Assembly (NCBI GenBank): GCA_030672805.1
Contig: DAOVFR010000001.1
Location: 1 to 34,932 of the forward strand
Origin: Candidatus Krumholzibacteriota bacterium
GTDB taxonomy: Bacteria > Krumholzibacteriota > Krumholzibacteriia > Krumholzibacteriales > Krumholzibacteriaceae
DNA: 34,932 bases
Direction: 5' to 3'
A program made the translations under genes and the position numbers. The notes beneath the pieces are model-generated. The model saw nothing but the letters and a program-made list of their open reading frames with translations. It made no database searches and was not told the origin of the DNA. Shown here piece after piece: positions 26,551 through 34,932 of the stretch (position 1 is the stretch's first letter; every line of letters begins with the position of its first letter).

Positions 26551-27858
26551 TCATGCATCGTCTGCACTGTCTTCAGATCCGTCCGGCGACGGAAGACCAA
26601 GTAGATCCGCTGTCGATTCCTCGGGCAGCTGTTCCACATCGCGAAGTTTCCGTTCCATAGCCCTTGTCCTGCGGCCCGTTTCCTCGATCGTGTTCGACGC
26701 GGTGTTTAGCTGGCGCTTCACCCTGTCGAGGACTGTACCGAACCTTCCGAACTCGGTCTTGATCGCTCCAAGGATCATCCAGACCTCGCTCGATCGTTTC
26801 TCGATCGCCAGTGTCCGGAATCCCATGCGCAGGCTGTTCAGTATCGCGGCAAGCGTCGTCGGTCCAGCCACGACGACGCGCAACTTTACCTGGAGATCCT
26901 CCACCAGTCCCGGCTGCCTGAGCACCTCGGCGTACAGGCCCTCGGTCGGCAGGAACATGATTGCGAAATCGGTGGTCCTCGGTGGATTGAGATACTTTTC
27001 GCTGATATCCTTCGCGGAATTCTTGACGGCCCTCTCCAGCTCGTTTGCCGCCTGCTTCACCGCATCCGCGTCGGCCGTCTCCGCGGCCTGGACGAGACGC
27101 AGGTACGGTTCCTGCGGGAACTTCGAATCGATCGGAAGCCAGACGCAGGAATCGCCATGACCATCCCGGCCGGGAAGTTTGATCACATACTCGACATACT
27201 CGTCCGAGTCCTCCTTCGTCTTGACATTCATGCCGTACTGCTCCGGCGTCATGATCTGTTCGAGGATCGCCCCGAGCTGGACCTCTCCCCAGGTCCCGCG
27301 AGTCTTGACGTTCGTAAGCACTCTCTTCAGATCACCGACGCCGTCGGCGAGGCCCTGCATCTTGCCAAGCCCCTCGTGAACCCTTTCGAGCTGCTCGCTT
27401 ACCCTCTTGAACGATTCACCGATTCTCTTTTCGAGCGTGCTCTGAAGCTTCTCGTCGACCACGTTGCGCATCTGGTCAAGCCTTCGCTCGTTACTCTCCT
27501 GGATGCTCCTGAGTTTATCCTCGATCGTCCCGCGCATCAGTTCGAGCTTCGCCTCGCTCGAGCCGGTCAGCTCCTTGATACGCTTCGCCACCTCTTCGAG
27601 ACGGTCAGCCTGGGCCGTGCCCATTTCCCCGATCGTGCTCACCATCGCCTCCGTTGACAACCGCTGCCCGGCCGCGACCTCCTTCCTGAGTTCCGCCGCC
27701 GACCCCGCCGCCTCCTCCCGGTTCAGGCGGAACTCCTCGCGGAGCGTCTTTCCCGTTTGTCCTTCCCCCATCGCCGCCGACCTCTTGAGGAGAATCAAGA
27801 GAAGCGTAATCACGGCGATCGAGAGCACGATGACGACAACGACCAGGACATTTGTCAT
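26551..27858 (-). CDS. rmuC: DNA recombination protein RmuC
   Basis: N-terminal membrane anchor MTNVLVVVVIVLSIAVITLLLILL, then a long coiled-coil region. The RmuC core motifs are NVKTRGTWGEVQLGAILEQ and FAIMFLPTEGLYAEV. Confidence 0.9.
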   Translation of the reverse strand: MTNVLVVVVIVLSIAVITLLLILLKRSAAMGEGQTGKTLREEFRLNREEAAGSAAELRKEVAAGQRLSTEAMVSTIGEMGTAQADRLEEVAKRIKELTGSSEAKLELMRGTIEDKLRSIQESNERRLDQMRNVVDEKLQSTLEKRIGESFKRVSEQLERVHEGLGKMQGLADGVGDLKRVLTNVKTRGTWGEVQLGAILEQIMTPEQYGMNVKTKEDSDEYVEYVIKLPGRDGHGDSCVWLPIDSKFPQEPYLRLVQAAETADADAVKQAANELERAVKNSAKDISEKYLNPPRTTDFAIMFLPTEGLYAEVLRQPGLVEDLQVKLRVVVAGPTTLAAILNSLRMGFRTLAIEKRSSEVWMILGAIKTEFGRFGTVLDRVKRQLNTASNTIEETGRRTRAMERKLRDVEQLPEESTADLLGLPSPDGSEDSADDA

Positions 27859-27918
27859 TTCCCGATACCTCCGTCAAGCGGGACACCGCACACCGGCAGT
27901 CCCGTTATCACACCATTA

Positions 27919-28689
27919 TCACGCGTCACCGATCAGCCTCTCGATGTATCGCCGTCCCCGGACAGCTTCCTCGATGCCGACCTCGAAATCGAGCAGCGGC
28001 AGCTCGCCGCGCTCCTTCATAAGACCGACGAACGTTCCGAAATCGAACGTTCCCTTTCCCGGGGGCAGATGATCGTCGGAAAGGCCGTCATTGTCATGCA
28101 GGTGAACCGCGACTACCCGGTCCCCGAGGCACTTCCACCAGCGCCGCACGGGCAGACGCGAAAAAGCATTGATATGCCCGGTGTCCAGGCAGAACCCGAC
28201 GTACTCGCCGGGGAGCATCCCGGCGAGGTGAAGCAGAACTTCCGGCTTGTCCTCCCATGTATTCTCCAGCGCGAGTATCACGCCCAGTTCCGCGGCTTTA
28301 CCGGCCACACCGCTCATGCGCTCCGTCCAGTTTCGAAACCAGTGCCTCCTGCCCCCGCGTGAGAAAAACGGCGAGTATCCGGTATGGACCACCATGACCT
28401 TCCCGCCGATCGCGGCGGTCACCTCGAGTCCCCGTACGATGCTCTCAATTGAGTACCGCGAGATCGTTTCGTCGATTCCGGCGACATCGAGCCCGAAGAA
28501 CGGACCATGCGTGAAACCCGTCAACGACCGCTGCTCGAGACGGCGCCGCAATCGATCGATGTCCGCGTCTGACAGCTCCATCAGGCGGCCGACGTTCGAC
28601 ATACGGATCTCCGGGTGAAACCCGTTGCTGACGACCGCTTCGACCTTCTCCTCGAACCTCGAAAGCGTGACGCTGACGTAATATACCAT
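27919..28689 (-). CDS. Sugar phosphate isomerase/epimerase (xylose isomerase-like TIM barrel, AP_endonuc_2)
   Basis: Only the C-terminal 256 aa of track ORF 27919..29979 are credible. The start is the ATG at 28687-28689 after GGGGAGG (MVYYVSV). Family-typical motifs are VMVVHTGY, LALENTWE, CLDTGH and VHLHDNDG. Confidence 0.8.
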   Translation of the reverse strand: MVYYVSVTLSRFEEKVEAVVSNGFHPEIRMSNVGRLMELSDADIDRLRRRLEQRSLTGFTHGPFFGLDVAGIDETISRYSIESIVRGLEVTAAIGGKVMVVHTGYSPFFSRGGRRHWFRNWTERMSGVAGKAAELGVILALENTWEDKPEVLLHLAGMLPGEYVGFCLDTGHINAFSRLPVRRWWKCLGDRVVAVHLHDNDGLSDDHLPPGKGTFDFGTFVGLMKERGELPLLDFEVGIEEAVRGRRYIERLIGDA

Positions 28690-28721
28690 CCGCCTCCCCG
28701 CTGCGGGATGCAAGCTCGTAC

Positions 28722-28750
28722 TTGACCTAGGCATGCGACCTTTATATGCT
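28722..28750 (+). promoter_or_regulatory. Candidate sigma70-type promoter of the FTCD gene
   Basis: TTGACC (28722-28727), a 17-nt spacer, then TATGCT (28745-28750), about 45 nt upstream of the ATG at 28798. Confidence 0.4.
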
Positions 28751-28797
28751 ACCCCCATATTGTCAGATAGTCGAATGGAACACAAGGAGTGATACAT

Positions 28798-30477
28798 ATG
28801 ATGAAACTGGTTGAATGCGTGCCCAACTTCAGCGAAGGCCGCGACATGGCGAAAATCGACCAGATCACGAACGAGATCGGTTCTACCGAGGGCGCCGAGC
28901 TCCTCGACGTAGACCCGGGCAAGGACACTAACAGAACGGTTGTCACCTTCGTCGGCACTCCGGAAGCGGTCATCGAGGCTGCGTTCAGGGCGATCGCGAA
29001 GGCAGCCGAGGTGCTCGATATGTCGAAACACCACGGTGCACACGCGCGCATGGGCGCAACGGACGTCTGCCCGTTCGTGCCCGTGTCCGGTGTTACGATG
29101 GAGGACTGCGCCGGGTTCGCACGAACGCTTGGAGCCCGTGTCGGCGACGAGCTTGGCATTCCCGTGTACCTGTACGAGGCGGCCGCGATGAAACCCGAAC
29201 GGAGAAACCTTGCGGCGGTCAGGTCCGGCGAGTACGAGGCCCTGCCCGAGAAGCTGACGAAGCCCGAATGGAAACCTGATTTCGGGCCCGCAACTTTCAA
29301 CGCCAGGGCGGGGGCAACGGTGATCGGAGCAAGAGAATTCCTCATCGCTTATAATATCAACCTGAACACGCGGGACCGGTCGATCGCCCGGGATATCGCA
29401 TTTACGATCAGGGAAAAGGGACGGTTGAAACGCGATGTCAGCGGAAAGGTCGTTCGAGACAAAAACGGCAAGGCGCTCCGGGCACCGGGGCTCTTCAAGG
29501 AATGCAAGGCGGTAGGCTGGTACATTGAAGACTTCGGGAGGGCGCAGATATCGATGAACCTCACGAACTACAAGATGACCTCCCCCCATGCAGTCTTCGA
29601 CGAGTGCTGCCGCCTGGCCTCCGAACACGGTGTGAGGGTCACGGGAAGCGAGCTCGTCGGCCTGATCCCTCTGCAGGCAATGATCGAGGCGGGCAGGCAC
29701 TACCTGAGGAAACAGGGCAAGACGACCGGGGTGCCCGACGCCGAGTTGATCCATATCGCCGTTCTCTCGATGGGCCTCGACGATCTCTACGCCTTCGAGC
29801 CGGACAAGAAGATCATCGAGTACCAGGTGAAGCGGAAATCGATGCTTGCCTCGATGAAGGTGGACGATTTCTCCGACCTGCTCTCGACGGACGCCCCTGC
29901 GCCGGGAGGCGGAAGCGTTGCGGCGCTCTGCGGCGCCCTGAGTGGTGCGCTCTCCTCGATGGTGGCGTCCCTCACGCACGGCAAGAAGGGATACGAGGAA
30001 ACGTTCGACGAGATGGAAAAGATCGGCGTCGAGGGCCAGACGCTCAAGGACGAGTTTCTCGCAGACGTCGATCGCGACACTGACGCTTTCAACCGGGTCA
30101 TGGACGCGATGCGCATGCCGAAAAAGACCGACGAGGAAAAGGCCGCGCGTCAGGCCGCCATCGAGGAAGCAACCAGGGAGGCAACGCTCGTGCCGCTCGG
30201 CGTGCTGCGGCGGACCGGGAACGCGGCGGCGCTAGCACGCCGTGTCGCCGTGAAGGGAAACAGGAACTCGGTAAGCGACGCCGGCGTTGCGGCGCTCACC
30301 GCACGGGCGGCGGCCGAAGGGGCATACCTGAACGTACGGATCAACCTGCCCGGAATAGAGGACGAGACGTTCAAGAAGGAAACCATCGAGAAAGCGGAAT
30401 CGATCCGCACGGAAGTCGTCACGCACACGGAAGAGACGATCGAGCTGGTCGAAAAAACCCTCGCCGGAGCGGAATGA
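28798..30477 (+). CDS. ftcD: Bifunctional glutamate formimidoyltransferase / formimidoyl-THF cyclodeaminase (FTCD)
   Basis: The ATG at 28798 lies 8 nt after AAGGAG. The N-terminus MMKLVECVPNFSEGRD is the formiminotransferase hallmark. The C-terminal ~190 aa carry the cyclodeaminase motif APAPGGGSVAALCGALSGALSSMVASLT. Confidence 0.9.
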   Translation: MMKLVECVPNFSEGRDMAKIDQITNEIGSTEGAELLDVDPGKDTNRTVVTFVGTPEAVIEAAFRAIAKAAEVLDMSKHHGAHARMGATDVCPFVPVSGVTMEDCAGFARTLGARVGDELGIPVYLYEAAAMKPERRNLAAVRSGEYEALPEKLTKPEWKPDFGPATFNARAGATVIGAREFLIAYNINLNTRDRSIARDIAFTIREKGRLKRDVSGKVVRDKNGKALRAPGLFKECKAVGWYIEDFGRAQISMNLTNYKMTSPHAVFDECCRLASEHGVRVTGSELVGLIPLQAMIEAGRHYLRKQGKTTGVPDAELIHIAVLSMGLDDLYAFEPDKKIIEYQVKRKSMLASMKVDDFSDLLSTDAPAPGGGSVAALCGALSGALSSMVASLTHGKKGYEETFDEMEKIGVEGQTLKDEFLADVDRDTDAFNRVMDAMRMPKKTDEEKAARQAAIEEATREATLVPLGVLRRTGNAAALARRVAVKGNRNSVSDAGVAALTARAAAEGAYLNVRINLPGIEDETFKKETIEKAESIRTEVVTHTEETIELVEKTLAGAE

Positions 30478-30516
30478 TCGGTGGGGATAACGGATGCGAA
30501 GATAAAGGAGACCGAC

Positions 30517-31788
30517 GTGATCGCCCTGAATACGGACCACGTGAATCGATTCGTCAGCGAACAGGAAATCGCCGGCGCCATGCCCGGGGCATTCGACGCG
30601 CTGCAATCCCTTCTCCGGCATGAAGGACCGGGATCCGATTTTCTCGGTTGGCTCGACCTCCCCCGGACGCCGGAAAGAGAGATCGGCGAGATCACCGATG
30701 CAGCGAAACGTATCCAGGACGAGAACGACCTCCTGGTCGTCGTGGGAATCGGGGGTTCGTACCTCGGGTCGCGGGCCGCGATCGAAGCGCTTCCGGAAGA
30801 AACCCCTTTCCCCGTGCTCTTTGCGGGGAACAACCTTTCACCGGAGTATCATTCCCGTCTTCTCTCCTCACTCGAGGACAAACGCTTCGCCGTATGCGTC
30901 ATCTCGAAATCGGGGACGACGACAGAAACCGCGATCGCCTTCCGCCTGCTCCGCGGGAAGCTCGTCGAACGCTTCGGAAAAGACAAAACCGGAAAGCGGA
31001 TCATCGCAATAACGGACCCCGATAAGGGCGCATTGAGACAGATGGCGGCGGAGAAAGACTGGCAGACTTTCCCGATCCCGCCCGATGTCGGCGGCCGCTA
31101 CAGCGTTCTATCGCCGGTCGGCCTTTTTCCATGTGCAACGGCAGGCATTCCGCTCGCGGGTCTGCTCGGCGGCGCCGTCTCCGGTATCGACCGGTTCACC
31201 CGGACGGATGCATCGAACGAGGCGCTGCGGTACGCGCTGGTGCGCTCTACGCTCCACGGGAGGGGAACGATCGTCGAGGTCCTCTCGACCTTCCACCCGG
31301 AACTCGCGCTTTTCTGCGAGTGGTGGAAGCAGCTCGCCGGCGAGTCGGAGGGCAAAGAGCACAAGGGTCTTTTCCCGGCATCCACCGTGTTGACAACGGA
31401 CCTTCACTCGATGGGCCAGTACCTGCAGGAGGGCAACCGCAACCTGCTCGAGACATTCCTCATCGCTGCAAATCCACGTTCCGATATCCCGATCCCGCAT
31501 GACGGGGATGACCTCGACAACCTCAACTATATCTCCGGAAAAACCATTTCCCATGTCAACCGCAAGGCATTCGAGGGAACCCTGGCCGCGCACGCCGCTG
31601 GAAACCTGCCCGTTATGACGATCGAGGTGCCCTCGATAACGCCCGAATCGCTCGGCGTTCTCTTCACCTTCTTCGAGGTCGCCGTCGCCGTCTCGGGACG
31701 GCTCGCCGGCATCAACCCGTTCAACCAGCCGGGTGTCGAGGAATACAAGACGAGGATGTTCAAGCTCCTCGAAAAGCCGGGATACTAG
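30517..31788 (+). CDS. pgi: Glucose-6-phosphate isomerase (short Bacillus/Thermotoga-type PGI)
   Basis: Motifs GSDFLGWLDLP, VVVGIGGSYLGSRAAIEAL, ISKSGTTTET and GGRYSVLSPVGL. The GTG at 30517 lies 6 nt after AAGGAG and aligns the N-terminus with known short PGIs. The ORF could also start at the GTG at 30481. Confidence 0.9.
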   Translation: MIALNTDHVNRFVSEQEIAGAMPGAFDALQSLLRHEGPGSDFLGWLDLPRTPEREIGEITDAAKRIQDENDLLVVVGIGGSYLGSRAAIEALPEETPFPVLFAGNNLSPEYHSRLLSSLEDKRFAVCVISKSGTTTETAIAFRLLRGKLVERFGKDKTGKRIIAITDPDKGALRQMAAEKDWQTFPIPPDVGGRYSVLSPVGLFPCATAGIPLAGLLGGAVSGIDRFTRTDASNEALRYALVRSTLHGRGTIVEVLSTFHPELALFCEWWKQLAGESEGKEHKGLFPASTVLTTDLHSMGQYLQEGNRNLLETFLIAANPRSDIPIPHDGDDLDNLNYISGKTISHVNRKAFEGTLAAHAAGNLPVMTIEVPSITPESLGVLFTFFEVAVAVSGRLAGINPFNQPGVEEYKTRMFKLLEKPGY

Positions 31789-31790
31789 AG

Positions 31791-32852
31791 ATGGCGCCGT
31801 TTCGCATCAACGGCGCCGCATCCGGCAGCGCCCGACCGCCCTGCACGGGGGCACCCGCCCGGACCGCACTGGTCCTCTTGACGTGCATCACGTTCGCTTC
31901 CTGCTCGCAGGAGGAACCGTACTTCCAGGAAACGTTCGTCATGGGAACGGCCGCCTCGGTCACGATCTGCGGCCTGGACGAGGAGCAGGCCCGGGAGGCC
32001 GCGGCTTCCGCCCTGCACGAGCTTCACCGGATCGAGAGCATCATGAGCTCGTGGAAGGAAGACAGCGAGCTCTCCCGCCTGAACCGCCTGTCGCGGGGAA
32101 ACCGGTTCAGGGTCTCGGCCGAGCTTTTCGTCCTCGTCGACAGCGCTCTCCATTTCTCCATGGTAACATCGGGGGCATTCGACATCACTGCCGGCCCGGT
32201 GATCAGGCTCTGGGGATTCCATGGAGGGGATGTGAGACTCCCCACGGAAAACGAGATCGATGAGGCCCTCTCGCGCGTCGGGTACCGAAGAGTTACACTC
32301 GATGCCGGCGATTCGTCAATAACCCTCGAGCCGGGAATGGAACTGGATCTCGGCGGCATCGCGAAGGGTTACGCGGTTGACCGCGCCGTTTCGCTGCTGC
32401 GGGAGAAAGGCGCCACGAGTGCCCTCGTCAATCTCGGAGGAAACATCTACGCACTGGGAACACCGCCGGGAAAGGATGGCTGGTCGGTCGGGATCCGCGA
32501 TCCGCACGGCGGCGCCGCTATCACAGGCACTATTCTCCTCAGGGACGAGGCGGTGGCTACGTCAGGCAACTATGAGAACTTCGTCGTGATCGGAGAAAAA
32601 CGGTACGGCCATATTGTCGATCCGCGTACCGGCAGACCGGTGGACCGGGTGCTCAGCGTTACCGTCGTCGCGCCCACGGCGCTCGCGACAGACGCCCTTT
32701 CGACCGGACTCTTCGTCCTCGGTCCGGACGGGGGAAGGGACATCGTCGACCGCCCCGGCTGTATCAGGGCGCTGTACGCCCTGCCGGGGAACGGCGCGGC
32801 GCGGTACAAGGCAATAGGTGATTTCGAGGGCCGGTTGTCACTCACCGAGTAG
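31791..32852 (+). CDS. apbE: FAD:protein FMN transferase ApbE (lipoprotein)
   Basis: Lipobox ITFASC, then MGTAASVTI, SELSRLN, FDITAGP, DLGGIAKGYAVD and ATSGNYENF, the typical ApbE motifs. Confidence 0.85.
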   Translation: MAPFRINGAASGSARPPCTGAPARTALVLLTCITFASCSQEEPYFQETFVMGTAASVTICGLDEEQAREAAASALHELHRIESIMSSWKEDSELSRLNRLSRGNRFRVSAELFVLVDSALHFSMVTSGAFDITAGPVIRLWGFHGGDVRLPTENEIDEALSRVGYRRVTLDAGDSSITLEPGMELDLGGIAKGYAVDRAVSLLREKGATSALVNLGGNIYALGTPPGKDGWSVGIRDPHGGAAITGTILLRDEAVATSGNYENFVVIGEKRYGHIVDPRTGRPVDRVLSVTVVAPTALATDALSTGLFVLGPDGGRDIVDRPGCIRALYALPGNGAARYKAIGDFEGRLSLTE

Positions 32853-32876
32853 GGCCGTCCCTGCAAATTCAAAATT

Positions 32877-33566
32877 CTATTCCCCGCCGCCGCCGAGGCC
32901 GAACCACGCGCGATGAATCGTGCAGTTTGCACAGTCGTGTTCCTTGCGAATCAGCGGTGTGCGTCCGGCACGCTCTGCGAGGCAAATCTCCGCCTTGTTC
33001 ATGAGGCCGAGGAGAATGCCTAGCACGATGAACGCTCCCGGCGGCAGGATCATTAGAAGAAGCGGGAGATAGGAGCTTCCAAGTATGGGGACGTTGAAGA
33101 TACTTCCGTTGCCGAGGATCTCGCGAATCGCGCCGATCAGCACGAGCGAAATCGTGAATCCGAATCCCATGCCGATTCCGTCGATCATCGAGATGAACAC
33201 GCCGTTCTTCGACGCGAAGGCCTCGGCACGGCCGAGGATGATGCAGTTCACGACGATCAGCGGGATGAAGAGCCCGAGACTCTTGTGAAGAGCGAAGAAG
33301 TAACCTTCCATCACGAGATCGACTATCGTAACGAAGGTGGCGATGATGACGATGAAGGCGGGAATACGGATCTTCTTCGGAATGAAGTTCCGGATCATCG
33401 CGATGACCGTGTTCGAACAGACAAGTACGAATGTCGAGGCGAGACCCATCCCGATGCCGTTCTCGGCTGTCGTCGTCACCGCGAGGGTCGGACAGATCCC
33501 GAGCACGAGGCGAAAAATCGGGTTCTCGCTCCAGAATCCTTTCGTGAACTCTTTCCAGGCATTCAT
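32877..33566 (-). CDS. rnfE: Rnf electron-transport complex subunit E
   Basis: The start ATG (33564-33566) overlaps the rnfG stop in an ATGA arrangement. It carries the RnfE/NqrD signature NPIFRLVLGICPTLAVTT and six hydrophobic segments. The track ORF 32877..33860 over-extends into rnfG. Confidence 0.85.
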   Translation of the reverse strand: MNAWKEFTKGFWSENPIFRLVLGICPTLAVTTTAENGIGMGLASTFVLVCSNTVIAMIRNFIPKKIRIPAFIVIIATFVTIVDLVMEGYFFALHKSLGLFIPLIVVNCIILGRAEAFASKNGVFISMIDGIGMGFGFTISLVLIGAIREILGNGSIFNVPILGSSYLPLLLMILPPGAFIVLGILLGLMNKAEICLAERAGRTPLIRKEHDCANCTIHRAWFGLGGGGE

Positions 33567-34192
33567 TCCTTCTGCTCCTTGACCGGTACTCGATCGGCCT
33601 CCTTCGAGGGTTCCTCGATCTCGAGGATGCGGGAACTGTGCTTGCGGAAGAACTCGAGGCTCTGCGCAACCGCAAAGGTGACGGCCCGGGACGATATCGT
33701 CGCGCCCGTTATCTGCTTGAACACTCCGCCGTCCTTCATCACTTCCCACTGCTCGGGGTCGCTGAGACTTTTCCCCTTGAACTGATCCCTGAAATCGGAC
33801 GTTTCGATCTTCGATCCGAGGCCCGGTGTTTCGAGATGCTTCAGAACCTCTATCCCCCACACGATGCCCTCGGTGTCAACACCGATCATGATCTCGATCT
33901 CGCCCGAGTAACCGTTCGGGGCAACGGCGGCGAATGCAACACCTGTTATTGCTCCGTCCTTCCTGCCGCGGTAGAACAACGTTGTGCCGGCCCCATCTTC
34001 CTTGATTTTTACCGTGTCCCTGTCCGGTTCATTATCGAACGGGGGCAGCACGCTCCGGACGGCGCTCATCTTCTCATCGAGGTGCGACTTCCCGATCGGT
34101 TTCTCCGTCTGCTGGTTCACGAAGGCGAGAACTCCCGCGGAAACGGCAGCGATAATCGTCAGCACGAAACAGAGTCTCAATATCTCTTTCAT
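33563..34192 (-). CDS. rnfG: Rnf complex subunit G (FMN-binding)
   Basis: N-terminal anchor helix, an FMN_bind domain with ETPGLGSKI, and the flavinylation motif ITGATISSRAV. The RBS GAGGAGG precedes the ATG. Confidence 0.85.
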   Translation of the reverse strand: MKEILRLCFVLTIIAAVSAGVLAFVNQQTEKPIGKSHLDEKMSAVRSVLPPFDNEPDRDTVKIKEDGAGTTLFYRGRKDGAITGVAFAAVAPNGYSGEIEIMIGVDTEGIVWGIEVLKHLETPGLGSKIETSDFRDQFKGKSLSDPEQWEVMKDGGVFKQITGATISSRAVTFAVAQSLEFFRKHSSRILEIEEPSKEADRVPVKEQKE

Positions 34193-34229
34193 GACAGATG
34201 TACCTCCTCGGGTTTCACCGACACCGCCG

Positions 34230-34932
34230 TCATGCCGCCTTCTTCTTGACCGCTCCGAAAACAGCCGGTTTCATGAACCGGTCGATGAGCGGCGTTGCGG
34301 CATTCATGAGTAAAATGGCAAAACTCACACCTTCGGGATATGCTCCGAACAGTCGTATGATGACGGTCAATACACCGCATCCCACACCGAATACCAGCAT
34401 TCCCCTGCCCGTGATCGGGCTCGTAACGTAGTCGGTAGCCATGAATATCGCACCGATGAAGAGGCCGCCCGTGATCACGTGGAAACCCGGGTCGGCGTAT
34501 CGCGCCGGGTTGATCAGGTGAAAGATGCCTGTCATGACCCAGACCGTTCCGATGAAAGCGACCGGCGTGTGCCACGAGATCACACGTTTTGCGATGAGAA
34601 AGATCCCCCCCGCGAGCAGCAGGATAACAGAGACCTCTCCGAGGCATCCGGCACGGTTGCCAATCAGGAGATCGATTATCTCCTGCCGGGTGAACTGCAC
34701 GTCGATGTGTCCCTGCGTCATCAGGCTCTCCCTGAGCCTCGTAAGCGGGGTCGCCGTCGTAACCGCGTTCAGCCCCCATTTCGAGGGTGTCACCCACCGC
34801 GCCGTCATATGGACGGGGAACGAGATGAGAAGCACGACGCGTCCGACCAGGGCCGGGTTGAACGGATTGTACCCGAGACCGCCATACAGCTGCTTCGCGA
34901 CGACAATCGCAAACAGGTTTCCAACGAGTATC
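34230..34932 (-). CDS. rnfD: Rnf complex subunit D, 5' end cut by window edge
   Basis: The frame stays open to the last base of the window, reading ..ILVGNLFAIVVAKQLYGGLGYNPFNPALVGRVVLLISFP.. upstream of the track's GTG at 34835. This is a typical RnfD/NqrB sequence, including FMATDYVTSP. Confidence 0.85.
   Translation of the reverse strand, partial: ILVGNLFAIVVAKQLYGGLGYNPFNPALVGRVVLLISFPVHMTARWVTPSKWGLNAVTTATPLTRLRESLMTQGHIDVQFTRQEIIDLLIGNRAGCLGEVSVILLLAGGIFLIAKRVISWHTPVAFIGTVWVMTGIFHLINPARYADPGFHVITGGLFIGAIFMATDYVTSPITGRGMLVFGVGCGVLTVIIRLFGAYPEGVSFAILLMNAATPLIDRFMKPAVFGAVKKKAA

Noticed and set aside
28690-29979. The N-terminal ~430 aa of the 686-aa minus-strand track ORF 27919..29979.
   Set aside because: This part lies antisense to the well-supported FTCD gene, is Arg/Gly/His-rich and has no motifs. 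A good RBS and ATG at 28689 start the recognisable TIM-barrel domain. It is a typical high-GC antisense artefact.

Overview
GC-rich chromosomal segment with short AT-rich intergenic spacers, probably from an uncultivated anaerobic bacterium; I cannot assign a taxon from sequence alone. I support 29 protein genes, two of them cut by the window edges, and found no rRNA, tRNA, CRISPR array, transposase or integrase. Left to right: (i) an edge-truncated secreted C25 (gingipain-like) peptidase that is missing from the ORF track. (ii) A surface-glycan cluster with two GT4 glycosyltransferases, a SAM methyltransferase, a six-SLBB Wza-like exporter, and an acetyltransferase/DegT aminotransferase/SDR trio. 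(iii) clpB. (iv) A metzincin lipoprotein. (v) A tightly coupled three-gene module: a ParA/MinD ATPase fused to a CBM48/AMPK-beta-like glycogen-binding domain, a ParA-like paralogue with degenerate ATP-binding motifs, and a small unknown ORF. It is preceded by a ~200-nt GGA-rich unit bounded by a promoter-like site and an intrinsic terminator. (vi) A DUF212 protein, a family-5 ABC substrate-binding lipoprotein and an Ig-repeat lipoprotein. (vii) A likely MurNAc salvage set: DUF1343/NamZ-like, MurU-like nucleotidyltransferase and AmgK-like kinase, followed by a half-size UPF0016 transporter. (viii) rmuC, a TIM-barrel isomerase, bifunctional FTCD, pgi, apbE and rnfD-G-E with no rnfA/B. The best candidate for an undescribed system is the ParA-CBM48 module with its upstream RNA element. 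All functional calls rest on motif recognition by eye and need HMM or structure confirmation.
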